From positions 3,038,001 to 3,102,000 of the forward strand of contig CM114271.1 of assembly GCA_050084515.1 (NCBI GenBank): 64,000 bases of DNA, read 5' to 3'. Shown in pieces: positions 51,524 through 64,000 of the stretch. The DNA comes from Blasia pusilla (lineage: Eukaryota). The number at the start of each line of letters is the position of its first letter. Position 1 is the stretch's first letter. The notes under the pieces are model-generated. The model was not told the origin of the DNA. It made no database searches and was given only the letters and a program-made list of their open reading frames with translations. The position numbers were made by a program, and so were the translations under genes.

Positions 51524-54500
51524 ATGGTTGAGCAAGCAGAGATTAAGGCCCCGAAGATGGATCGTAGAGCGTCACGATTCAAGAGAATATGTGTCTTCTG
51601 TGGAAGCAGTAATGGAAAGAAGAGTCTATACCGCAATGTAGCTCTGGATCTAGGCAAGGAAATGGTACTAGCTTCGACCTTACTCCCCTCCGTTCTTACT
51701 CCCGCCTTCACGGGCACATTGCTGGAATCTTGCCATATTCAATTGTAATAGTTGAATTGGAATATTGAATTGCCTTGCTCGACCCGTTTGAACAGGACTG
51801 TAGAGGTAAGGTCGTCCGAAGGCGTGGAGGATGTCGGTCTCTCAATGAATATCGTCACAGTTACGTGGATCGTTAGGCTTACTATCAGAGTCACCTATCA
51901 AATTATATTTGTACGTCGCTTTTATCACAATACCTTGTGGAGAGATGGAACTGGTCGGTTGGGGAAATCAGCATACCATTTTCCTGTTTCTTCAGAAACG
52001 CACTCGCAGTCTGACTTGACGGCCAACGTGGGTCCAGCGGTTTGCACTGTTGATTCTTTTCAATGGTATGGCTCTTGGATGCTAAACGTGGTTTCTTCAC
52101 TGTTTCGACGAACACATCCACCATGCTGTCGAATATTCCATGTGGAGGCTTTTCGCTCCACAGAAATTTGTGCTGTGTACCGGAGTGAATCTCGTCGGTC
52201 ATTTAATATTATCACCTTTAGGTGGTTGTCACGTTCCAATGCATGCATCTAAAGTCTCCGTAGTGGCAGGCAACTGTAGTTAGAATTGAACACGGTCGTA
52301 GATACGAGACGTTGATTGTAAACTAAAGATTGCAACAGGATAAGAGAAAATGCACCGGAAAAGCACAATGATTGATCGGGAACTGTCGCCGGTATGTCCT
52401 GGGTTGGGGAATTTTTGTAGTTTAAAATATAGCCGGTGGATGACGGATTGTGTTCTTCGCCATTTCGCAGGTGAAGCGCAAAATTGATCTAGTTTATGGA
52501 GGGGGGAGCGTCGGTCTAATGGGGACGATCGCAGAAACGGTTCACGATGGAGGTCGTCATGTCATTGGGTATGTAGCATTCGTAGATTCTCACGCGTGGT
52601 CCTCAGCGAAGTAACTAGACGCTTGAAGATACCACGGCTTTGATGTACAGAAATTAATCGCCAATTCTACGTTTGCGATATTTGTGACTGGTTGTCGAGG
52701 AACTCAAATAATCTTAGTCAACTGCGTAGTCATGGAGTACGATTGAGCGTGGCTTGAGTCATTGCCTAGCTTGGATGGGATCTTCTGGTGCAACGCGTTA
52801 TGTATGGCTTCATTCGTGTGCACAATCTCTGTGCACGTGTTGCAGCAAAAAGAATTATTTTTTCTCCTGTTTAATTGGGACTCTTTTTGTTTGCTTTGAT
52901 GTTACAGGGTTATCCCGAAAGCTCTGATGCATCAGGAGGTATATGCACATTCCCAGGATTCACCAATGTTGTGACTTTTGGGGAATTTCCGTGGTCAAAA
53001 TGTATGGCTACAGTGAGCCGTTAGCGCTGGAGGGTCAGAGGATTCTAACGAGTAGAAGCGTGGGCCTAGGAATTTGCATCCACGAAATACTTGCAGAAAT
53101 CTCAAGTCAGGATGGGTGAAGCATTTGTTGTATGATTTTAAAGAATGCTGAGACGTCTCAGTAGGGTATTCAGGAGCTAACATGGTTTTTACATCTCACA
53201 GATCTCTGGTGAAACTGTCGGCGAATTACGAGCTGTATCGGATATGCATGAACGGAAAGCCGAAATGGCCCGTCAAGCCGATGCATTCATCGCACTACCA
53301 GGTGACTCTTCTGACTGATCTCCTTTAATTTTTAAGTTTATTATGCAGTTGTATCCTGAAAAACTAATTCTCACAATACATATCAGGATGAGGTTTAGAG
53401 TGTTGGTTATCATAGCGTCCACTGCCAGAGCTTTTTGTTCTTAGGGTTAGAAGATTCAAGACACAAGCCCAGAAGGTGCTGAGTCCTCCTATGCATACTG
53501 TCCTGATTGTCACCCAAGGCGCTTCTCTGGTCGACTTGATGCTCCTATGCATCGAATTTTGGATTAGACGTGCAATCTCATGACTGGTATCCATCAAGTA
53601 GGCATTTTCATAGAGAGCCTCCACTTTTTCACATTATCCCATATTCCTTTTCCCTTGGCGAGCTCCAATGACACCCATTTTGACGTGGACAGTTTCTGTT
53701 TGGCGTCTCCTTCTGAAATCAGTGCGTGGAGTATGTATCACAACACTACCTGTTGTGAGTTTGTCTGTTAATAGGAGACTTGTACTCGTGTGTTCGTTCA
53801 CACGGAACGCATTTTAAAGAGAGTGACAAGATTAACTGGATTAATTCCTTTATGGAGATGAGTCAATAATTTGTCTACTCACGAACATCTAAACGCGGCC
53901 TTCTTCATCAGAGCTCCTTAGTTCAGCTATACGCACTTTGTTAGGCTCAGAGTCAACCGATTATTAGCCACTGCTTAACGCGTTATTCTCTGTATCGTTC
54001 TTGTCCGTTGAGAGTATGTGTTATTAGATGATCTCCACGCTTTTCCACGTGGAAACGTAGGTTTCCACGCTTTCAATCTTTTGTGATTCGATGGATTGAG
54101 AGTGTCCATCATATGACTCGGTGACCCACTCGTCGTTTTCGATTTGTGTGAACCTTCCGGAATTCTTCTTTGACGTTGCCTTTCCTCTGGTGACTTCTTG
54201 TCCTTGGTGTGTGTATGTTTGCAAGTTTATAATCAGAAATCTGGGGCAGAGGAGTGTATTGTCTGAATGTCGTATTGTGTTTCTTACAGCAAAGCAATGT
54301 GCATTTCCATCTTGTAGGAGGCTATGGAACCTTGGAGGAGTTGCTCGAGATGATAACTTGGGTGCAACTAGGAATCCACGACAAGCCAGTAAGTCACTAA
54401 GGCTCGCTCTTTAAACATTATAGCTTGTGGATAGGCATCGTCACTGGTCTCGTTCAAAGAGCCCAATGGGTGACCTTGTTGCTCTCTGCAGGTGGGACTT

Positions 54501-55098
54501 TTGAATGTGGATGGATATTACAACTCGTTGCTAGCTTTATTCGACAAAGCTGTTGAGGAGGGCTTCCTCAAACCCTCCGGACGGAATATTTTACTTTCTG
54601 CTCCGACTGCTCGGGAGCTTCTTGAGAAGTTTGAGGTATTTTCATGTACTCACGTACGAAATTCTCTCAAGTCGCGGGTCTTCGGCGTCTGCAAAACTTA
54701 CTTGTAAAGTCGCAGAAAAGTAGGGTAATAAAGTGAAATGCAATGTCAACTCTAGAGGAATATTAATTTTGAAGGATTTTTTTCCGAGCACCTTCTGTTA
54801 GCCAATGACGATAAACTCTTGTTAACTGAAATGAAGTTGAGTTCATTCATGCCACCGTTGTGAACACTTCTCCTTATGCTTGGAGCTTCGATAGTGCACG
54901 AAATTTGTCTATTGGGCTATTCGTCATGAAGTTATTTATGTGACGTTGTGCATATTTCTAAGTGGACGTAATCGCTTGCAGGACTATGAGCCTAAGCACG
55001 AACGGGTGACCACGAAAGGAAGCTGGGATGCCGGGAAAGGAGAGATAGAACAGCGGGAGAAATTGAGCTACAACATGACGAAACAATTAAATTGCTAA
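51524..55098 (+). CDS. LOG: LONELY GUY cytokinin riboside 5'-monophosphate phosphoribohydrolase, 233 aa. Exons 51524-51664, 52471-52568, 52908-52938, 53202-53301, 54318-54388, 54492-54635, 54982-55098.
   Basis: [79 protein letters not shown]. Six GT-AG introns give a 702-nt open frame. Confidence 0.97.
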
Positions 55099-58000
55099 GG
55101 ATCAAGCATGGATAGCAGAGATTCTCTTACACTTTTTGTCACTCCACCCATTCAATCCTTACCCGACTCACTCTCAAAAGAATATGTGCATAGGCTTCGC
55201 TTGTAAGGTGTTGTGGGTATGGAGCTGTAATGATTGAGTCACGGGCATCACTTATCTAATTCATGTCAAATTGATTTGACAATAAAACATCTTGTACATC
55301 CCACACATCCTGTAACTTTGACCCTTCTTTCAATAAAAAAAACGGATTTGCCCTGCCGCTCGCGTTTTCTTGTTCCACACTCTCTTGCGAGTCAATAAGC
55401 TCGGCTTGGTACACAGTACAGTTCTCTGCTGACGCAGTAGTACCGGCGCTGTTCATGGGCCGAGACAAAACTTCCGGATGTCTACACTGCTACAGTAAGA
55501 CGCATGATGCTCACATGGTCTTCACGCTTCATTTGCGAGGGTCGAGGAACACTGGGCCTTCACGCATGAGACTCAGACCTTCATCTCCTGGACAGGGCCG
55601 GCCCGGTAGTGTGCAGCGGCTCAAGTTTGCGCAAAACTCGGGAGGCGTGAAACATGGATAAGAATCTACAGAGCGCAGGGATCTCCCTAGTACGACTGTG
55701 CACCACATAACTTGGAGGTTATACCCGGAGCATACCACTCACTTTGGCCTGCCTGTATCAGAATAAATCCATTACCACCTTTTGGCAATGATTTGCTGAG
55801 AATGTCGACATCCAAATCCCTAATTTTCTTTCAGATATGGAAGTTTTGTTGTGAACTGTCGTCGAAGACATCCCTTTAATGTATACAGTGTGAGTCCGGA
55901 TGCTATGGCGCCAGAACGTGTCTTCATCCATCGAAAAGTTCAATTGCGCCACTAAGTACATTATGCTAGTAGTTCCAAACATCAGAGAGACAAAAGTCCT
56001 CACTTCTCTGACAGAAAGGTTCTTCATCCTCGAGTCTGGTTATCATAGAGCTATTACGTGCCCACTCGCCCGCAGACAAATTCATACCTCCATCTGAGTC
56101 TACTGGCACTGTCCATGCAAAGCTTGGCTGTGATTGAGTAGCTTGCCCAAAGCCTATGCTCATATCTCCGCAGTAAAGTCGGCATTCGCAATGGTTGTGA
56201 ACCTACAAGCCTAAATCTCTTCCCTGGGAAAAGGCATTTTCATGGTTTATTGCTCACTTTAGAAAAGTCCACCCGCTCAATTCCAATTCCGGTCAAACCT
56301 TGTCTGGTTCTCAGATGTATAGCGTCTCCGATGCGAAGAAAGTGCTCCAAGTCAGTCTCGAGCGTCGAGATTCCCGCACGCGCACTACTTGCTCTCGAAA
56401 TTTCGTGAAAACACCTTCGACATGGGAGTTTTTATCGAAGGGCGGGGAGTGGGGGCGGGAGCCAAGTAGTCTAACTGTGTTCTAATGAATGGGTACCGGT
56501 GTAGTAGTCTACGTTGGAGCAATGCCGGGGACATTTGCATTACAGCTTGGCAGATGTTCATATGATCGTGGACCTGTCACCGGTATTATTCTGCTCCCTC
56601 ATTTGAGCTCGTTTCAGTCGGTCGATGTAGTGTACGGCCGAAAAGGGTCGGTAACGAATAACGAATCGGTGCAGCAACTACAGTGGAGGAGTACGAACTG
56701 CGAGCTGGATAGGTCTCAAGGTGAATGACCAATCGCGTTGGCGTGCGCGCTCTCGGCCGCACGCTGGAGGAGTGAACCATAACTGCTGCTGCTCGCGTAC
56801 GATTTCCATCCCCTCGTCTTACGCTCTTTCGAGTTGTTCCCGAATCCCGATTGCAACAGTTCCAAAACTGATGCCTGCGCTGCGCTGTGGCTCCCGCTGC
56901 AACGTTCGTTCCTTTCGGCGCTTTCTGCCGCACCGAGGATTCGTCTGCCCTCGCAAACAGTGCAGGCAGCTGAACCTGGAGCTCTTCCTTCTTCTTCGAC
57001 TACAATCGCCCGCCCCAGTTCGATATCCCGTCGACCCCTCACAGATTCGCCAGTGTCCAGATGGTTTCATTATCTCCCGTGTGATCATATCACAACGTTG
57101 TGCATTTCTACTGCCGCAGAGCGGCGGCCAATCAGACTCGCGGTTCCCCATATCAGGCAAACGTGCTTCTCGTTAAAGCGCACAGAGTCTACTTCCTCAA
57201 CAACCAACCGGCCAATCCCGCCCCATGCCAGCCTCAAATGAGCTCATCCAACCGAAACACGAGACGTGTAAGCTCCTCTTTCCCAGTTCCAATCCAGTGC
57301 TGTAGAGTACGGTACAGCTGCACCACATGATGCAAATGCTACGTAAAACCCAAGATGCGGCGTTACGTCACTCTTTTTGGACATCCTCCCTCAATTGACC
57401 CTTTTCCCGCTGATCTCTTTCCGTGAGACTCCCTCCCCAATCCGCTTTCTGCTTACTGTTGTACGCTTCCTTTCAATTCCCTCCCGTCGATGTCTGGAGC
57501 CTCCTCCTACTACTGCAACTATCGTCAAACAAATGACAGTCGGGAAAATTACTAAAGCGCTGAGGATATTTCCCCTTTTCCTTCGCCGGTTAAGTGACGC
57601 TAGGTCCCCGGGATCGTGTACCCGAACGCAAAGCAACGTTGGGTGGTTTTTTCCCCTGCGTAATTTTCCTGTAACTTCATTCTCGCGCTAACGGCTCTGA
57701 GCTCCTTCGTCGGTTGTAACGCGCGCAAGGATGAGGATCTCAGTCCCCCCCTGTGTGGTGTCGAGGAAACTTGTTCCCTGCACACCACACAAGTCCCACT
57801 TTCTTTCTTTAATAATTTGATGCTCTTCTGATACTGGCGCACGACAGACCGCTCCAGACTTCCTCCGAATCCTCCCCTGCCGAGGTTTGTGTCGATGGGG
57901 GCCCGATCCGTCGATTAGGGAACATGCGATCGATGATCAAGTTCACGGCTCCGACGCAGTAGATTAGTACGATTAGATCTCGACTTTATCGGATTTTACA

Positions 58001-59165
58001 ACAGCGCCCTATCGAATGGAGTCATGTTATATCACGCCTGGAGTATTGATTGTGCATGCATCCAGCGATAGAGGACCTCTCTCAAAGTTCCTGCAAAAGA
58101 CAACACGATTGTCGAGAAAAAGGTTATTTTTGTCTCCAATCCATTTGTCTCATTAATCTATTTCTGGAGCAGATTGGATTCTCTTCAGCGAAATTTTCTT
58201 TATCCCTGCGATTCCCTCTCTCTTGCAGATGCTGCCTTGAAGTGTGCTCCGTACTAACCTCATTGTTTCCATGTATGAATACCGCAATGGCGTCCTCTGA
58301 ACAACTGAACTACAGTCTACGACCTCCAACCAAAACCAAAAGGACTCCGCGTTTCCTTCCAGACGGACGCAGTGTGACCGATGCTTTCACATAATGCTAC
58401 CGTATCCTGTAAGTGTCCTTTTTCAGTGTAAAGAAGCCCTTCTTTCGTGCGCGAAACATCGTAACATCTCTACTGTAAAGATGCATTCCACACGAGCCAG
58501 TCAACTACTTAACCGGCCCCGATTCCAACGCTCTCGCTTAATCGGCCCTTTGTAAAGTTGCCCATCATTGAATGCGTGCCAGAATTTCGTAGGGACGGTG
58601 GTTATTTTATTATTTTATTTCTCTTCAGGAATTTTCGTAATAAAGAAATCTAAAGGAGGAATGTATCGGCTCCATGGATAAAAGTTGAAATAGCGCGGAT
58701 GGAATAAAGAATGTTATCATACATACGAAGTTATAAGGACTTGAAATTACATGGTTTTTTAATATAAATTTAGGGAAAAAAGTCAATGGGTTTTGTGGTA
58801 GAGGTCAACCTTTACTCCGAGTGCCTAATTGTGAACTCCATCTCAACCTTGAGTTTTGGGAGCTAAAATCTTGGGTTAAACTTGATAGATCCAACCGGTT
58901 GTGCGTTCTATAAACTAGTTGGGCTAGATGCCAAGTGCTTGAAAAATGATGTATATCCTAATGTTGAATGGACAGAGTTGTTATACTTCAACTCCTCCAT
59001 GGGAGAATGAGTTGCCCAATATAATTCATCTAATGAAACATAATTTTGTTGAGATTCCTCAAGCGCTTGACTCGTAGTGTTTGAATTGTAACCCAAACTT
59101 AGGAGTAAATTGGCTCCCAGTGCCTTAACAAATATGTCTAAACTTAGATACTAACTTGTTTGGTA

Positions 59166-59930
59166 TGTCGTGCGTATACACATCACTACACAACATACAT
59201 CGCTGTCATGGAACACACACATAAATATGCACGATCCCATGCTAATTCATGGCATCCAAACCACTAAGACAAGGAGTACCAAAATATCTCCAAAAAAATA
59301 AAGTCAAATCTCTCTCAACATCTCATACCAAGCTCTCCTTTGTGTGCATCCTCTCTCATGTAAAAAAAAACCCAGTCTCCTAATGAGAAGCTTGGATTAC
59401 ACACACAAGGCAAGCAAGACCATAGTTTCGCTGCCTCATGCCAAGAGGTTCAACAAAGAGAGAATGAGCTCTCAAGCTCTCTCTTTTGGAGGTATATCCC
59501 TTCCCTCTCCCAAGTCCTCTCCATGATAACGTGTGCTCGCAGGTCACCTCCTTGGCTTTGGACCTGCTCTAGCGGATCAAGGGCCACTTCCCAAAGTGGA
59601 AATTCAACTATATTCCAAATGGAAACTTACCCGAAATAGTAAGTTTCTCTATATGACTCCAAATGAGCCGAAACGAAGGAAAAACCTGCTCTCTCACGTT
59701 ACCCGTGGCCTCAACAGGTCATCCTCAACCTCTTGAGGTTGCCCTCCAGTATCTCCGAAGGTGCTCTACTAGATCTCGCTGATCTATCCTAAAAGATGTA
59801 ATAGTTGTCATGCCCATACACATCGCTACACAACATACATCATTATCACTGAACACACACATAAACATGCACAATCCCATGCTAACTCATGGCATCAAAA
59901 ATCGAGATGAGGAGTACCAAAATATCTCCA
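59166..59930 (-). repeat. 3' LTR of gypsy element 1 (A-B-A structure)
   Basis: Minus strand TGGAGATA...ACGACA, homologous to 61339-62094. Confidence 0.8.
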
Positions 59931-61338
59931 ATCGCCCCTCTAGCTGATGGTTAGATCCCTCTAACTCCAAATAGCCATCTATCCCTACCTACCATGACAT
60001 ACATCTCTCGGACGCTAAGAGCAAAAAGGCAAGGTACTCATGTGACCCCATCGTTAGTCGCCTTCTTGTCATGCATGTCACAGACACAAATCACTATCTA
60101 GAACTACCTATTGTATGTACATGTGGGACACATCCATCGTCCGTGAGGAACCTTAGTGAGAGATGGCATCATACATGCCATATGCCATCCTCTTGAAACA
60201 CCCATCACAGACCAGCATAGTGGTTGCACCACGGGCGGAACCACACAACATACATCACAAGCTTGCAGGAACTACTGCTAAGCTTGGATCAACTGCACCA
60301 TTAATGTTAAGGAAGGTGACATGGCGCATAGTTATGCACATGTTCCTTCCAAACCATACCATCACGTCCCTCCAATAAGAGAACACCAGATGGCAAAATC
60401 TCACTCACTCTCAAGATAGTGCGCCTTGCAATCACATCCAACGTCGTGGATGCCGTTTGCTGCAAGTAGACATAGTCTTCATGATAAAACCTCCGGATAG
60501 TAGGTCAATAATCACCTCCCCGAATAGTCATATATCTTAATGTATCCCGATGATGCGCAATCGTCAAGTTCTCAAACGCCATGGGCATCACTCTCCAAAA
60601 CAACTCAATCCTCTAAGAACATGCTCGCATCATACATCATGGTCATCAAGGTTCAACACCTCACCCAACATCTTGACGAACAGCTGCACATAAATCCGGC
60701 TCTCGACCATAAAGTAGCAAGTACGGTGAGAAAGACGCTAAGGATGCCTGCTTGTTGAATCTGTATCCCATCGCCAACCATGGCAACTGGAGGTCCCAAT
60801 CTACTAGGTGACCTCTCTGCAAGCCATACTTGCATAATCGTCTCTTCACCGTCTCCACAACCCTCTTCGCTAGTCCATCCGCTTCAGGATGATCTCGCAA
60901 AGAGGTGCGGTGGTCGATCAACGTCTGATCACACAAGGCTTGAACTCCCCGGGAAACTCTGTACCTTGGTCAACCAACTCTATCCACTTCAAGAAGTGCT
61001 CGACCATCACCAACACATAACGACTATGGCGCTCCGTGAAAGGTAAAGGTCTTGCAAAATCCAAACTCCATCTATAACCTAAACCCATGATCGTAAGTGG
61101 ATGCAATTATGGAGTCGGAGCATTGAACAATGCTCGGAATCGATCAAACACCATGCACTTGGCAACAAAATGCTCCACTTACGATCATGTTGCTGCATGA
61201 TCGTAAGTGGAGCATTGAACGTCAATCTGCATGCCCCGCCACCAATACTGTATCTGGAGTAAGTTGTACGTCCGCTTCACTCCAAAATGACCCAACTTCT
61301 CGTGGGCATGACGCACCAAACGTGCTCTCTGTGAAGGA
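59166..61338 (-). mobile_element. Ty3/gypsy element 1: 3' LTR plus decayed integrase-PHD, cut off by element 2
   Basis: HAHEKLGHFGVKRT, WSLDFARPLP..RYVLVMVEHF, HPEADGLAKR, FSPYLLLYGREP. PPT AGGGGCGA before the LTR. Confidence 0.88.
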
Positions 61339-62094
61339 TGTCGTGCGCATACATATCGCTACAAAATATACATCGTTGTGACCGAACACACACACAAACA
61401 CGCACGATCCGATGCTAGCTCATGGCATCCAAAAAACGAGACAAGAAGTACTAAAATATCTCCAATAAAATAAAATCCAATCTCTCTCACAACACCATAG
61501 TTCTCACATGTGTCTCTCAATGTCAAAGCAAACCCACTCTCCTAATGAGAGGGTTGGGTTACACTCACAAGACAAGGGACCATAACTCCGCTGCCTCATG
61601 CCAAGAGGTTCAACAAAGAGAGAACGAGCTCTCAAACTCTCTCTCCTTGAGGTATACCCCTCCCCTCTCCCAATCTCTCTCCATGGTAACCTATGCTCCC
61701 AAGTCACCTCCTTGGCTCTTGACCTAATGTAGGAGGTCAAGGGCCACTTACCAAAAATACGAAGTCGATCATATACTCAAAATTGTACTTATCTAAAATA
61801 GTAAGTTACTCAATATGGCTCCAAATGAGCCGAAACGAAAGAAAAACCTGCTCTCTCAAGTTTCACGGGGCCTCAACAGGTCATCCTCGATCTATTAAGC
61901 TTGTCCTCCACTACTCACAAAGGTACTCTACTAGATCTCATCGATCTATCCCAAAAGACGTGAAAGTTGTCGTGCGCATACACATCGCTACACAACATAC
62001 ATTTGTTGTCATCGAACACACACACAAACACGCACGATCCCATGCTAATTCATGGCATCCAGAAAACGAGACAAGAAGTACCAAAATATCTCCA
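61339..62094 (-). repeat. 3' LTR of gypsy element 2 (A-B-A structure)
   Basis: Homologous to 59166-59930 and preceded on the minus strand by PPT AGGGGGCGA. Confidence 0.82.
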
Positions 62095-63444
62095 ATCGCC
62101 CCCCTAGCTGGTAGTTACGTCCCTCTAACTCCAGATAGCCATCTATCCCTACCTACCATGACATACATCTCTCGGACACTAAGAGCAAGAAGGTTGGGTG
62201 CTCATGTGGCCCCATCGTTAGTCACCTTCTTGTCATCCATGTCAAAGACACAAGTCAGAATGTAGAACTACCTACTCTATATACATTTGGGACATATCCA
62301 TCGTCCCTGAGGAACCCTAGTGAGAGGTGGCGTCAAAATATGCCATATGCCATCCTCTCGAACACCCATCATAAACTAGCATAGTGGATGCACCACGGGC
62401 GGAACCACACAACATACACCGCAAGCCTGCAAGAACTATTGCTAAGCTTGGATCAAATATACCGTCAATGTTCGGAAGATGACATGGCACACAGTTACGC
62501 ACATGGTCCTTCCAAACCATACCATCGCCTCCCTCCAATAAGAGAACAACGAATAGTAAAACCTCACGCACTCTCAAGATGGTGCGCCCTGTAGTCACAT
62601 CCAACGTCGTAGGTGCCGACGGCTGCAAGTAGATTAAGTCTTCTTGATGAAACCTCCGGATAGTAGGTCGATAACCACCTCCCCGAATAGTCACATACCT
62701 CAACGTATCCCGATGTTGCGCAATCGCCAAGTTCTCAAAGGCCATGGGCATCACTCTCCAAAATAACTCATCCCTCTGAGAACATTCTCGCATCCATACA
62801 TCAGGGTCATCAAGGTTCAACACCTCACCAACATCTCGACGAATGGCCGTAGGTAAATCTGGCTCTCGGTCATAAGGCAACAAGTACGGTGAGAAAGACG
62901 CTAAGGATGCCTGCCTGCTGAATCTGTATCTCATCGCCAACCACGGAAACTAAAGGTCCCAATCTCCTAGGTGACCTCTTTGCAAGCCATACTTGCGTAG
63001 TCCTCTCTTCACCATCTGCACAACCCGCTGTGCTAGTCCATCCGCCTTAGGATGATTTCGGGAAGTAGTGCAGTGGTCGATCATTGCCTAATTACACAAG
63101 GCCTGAAACTCCCCGCGGAACTCTGTACCTTGGTCTGTCAACACCTCAACTAGTGCATCGTAATGATTGAGCACTCGATCTAGGAAGGCATATGCTACTC
63201 CTTCACTTGCTTTTTCAGGCAATGCAACCAACTCTATCCACTTCGAGAAGTGCTCGACCATCACCAACACATATCGACTATGGCGCTCCGTCAAAGGCAA
63301 AGGTCCTGGCAAATCCATACTCCATCTATAACCTAAACCCATGATCGGAAGTGGATGGAACTGTGGAGTCAGAGCATTGAGCGATGCTCGGACTCGATCA
63401 CACACCATGCATCTTGCAACAAATTGCTGAACGTCAGTCTGGAT
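61339..63444 (-). mobile_element. Ty3/gypsy element 2 (same family): 3' LTR plus integrase and C-terminal PHD finger
   Basis: CMVCDR, WSMDLPGPLP, VEHFSKWIE, LTDQGTEF, and PHD-like CMLC...MLV.DGCSRGWH...GRWICPKC. Confidence 0.92.
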
Positions 63445-64000
63445 TGTCACATGTGAGTAACCAGTAGACCAAGATCTATCGTGGATAGGACGTAGGAGCC
63501 AGCGGACTATCTGGAGTGTAACTTTGTCCCACGGTGTCGGATAAGGTTGAGGATAGGTCCATGGTGTCAGGAACGTCATTTCTGACAACTTTCACGTTGA
63601 GGACTTTCACAGCCGGATGACTTGTTGACCAGGTCACCCACCCTTGGTAACCTGTGCGCGCAAGTTACCAATGGGATGGCTATTTTTAGAGGAAGATCCT
63701 TTTGGCTCTTCCCAACCCTACATAAGAGAGGAAGATGGCTTTCCTAAGCCATCTTTCTCATGTTGGGCCGTTGGAGCACCTCTCTTGTATGTGTGTGAGA
63801 TAGGACTAGGGTGCTAGCGTCCGGATTCCTTGATAGCATAGGGTGGACTAGGCTCGATATGCCGATGTAGATTGAGGAGTGGACTTTTAGGCCGGGTGTG
63901 CCGTTTTTACTACTCTTTATTTTTATATGAGAGAGATGTTAGGGGGGCTGGTGGGAATTCATTGTTTGCAGGTAGGCAAGCGAGTTGCCTTGGTCAGGAG
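63445..64000. mobile_element. Unrelated insertion, probably an LTR, breaking the integrase of element 2 and running off the window
   Basis: Integrase similarity (IQTDVQQF) stops abruptly at 63444 and the new sequence begins TGTCAC. Confidence 0.5.

Noticed and set aside
56586-57330. Overlapping 100-150-aa ORFs on both strands
   Set aside because: GC-rich sequence with no recognisable domain or consistent exon structure.

Overview
Plant genomic DNA, probably from a non-seed plant such as a bryophyte (inferred from TE types, not proven). It is mostly nested, decayed transposons plus one intact 7-exon LONELY GUY (LOG) gene at 51524-55098. The left third is a three-level nest. A Helitron helicase is split by a Ty1/copia element (126-17387, TATAC TSD), and that element is split by a 12.3-kb Mutator-like DNA transposon (1946-14286, 9-bp TSD). 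The MULE is the standout. Besides a DDE/SWIM transposase it carries a divergently oriented, spliced gene of about 1200 codons that joins a ParB/Srx-like domain (WDGNHR) to a prokaryote-type beta-class N4-cytosine/N6-adenine DNA methyltransferase-like domain. About 40 copies of a 27-bp palindrome (GCAACCCGTCGGAnTCCGACGGGTTGC) sit in the element's introns, central spacer and ends. This suggests a transposon-borne ParB/parS-like self-recognition and DNA-modification module, which is inference. This copy has stops and frameshifts. The rest holds hAT, copia and gypsy relics and, at the right end, nested Ty3/gypsy elements with a PHD finger after the integrase. All calls were made by eye, without database searches.
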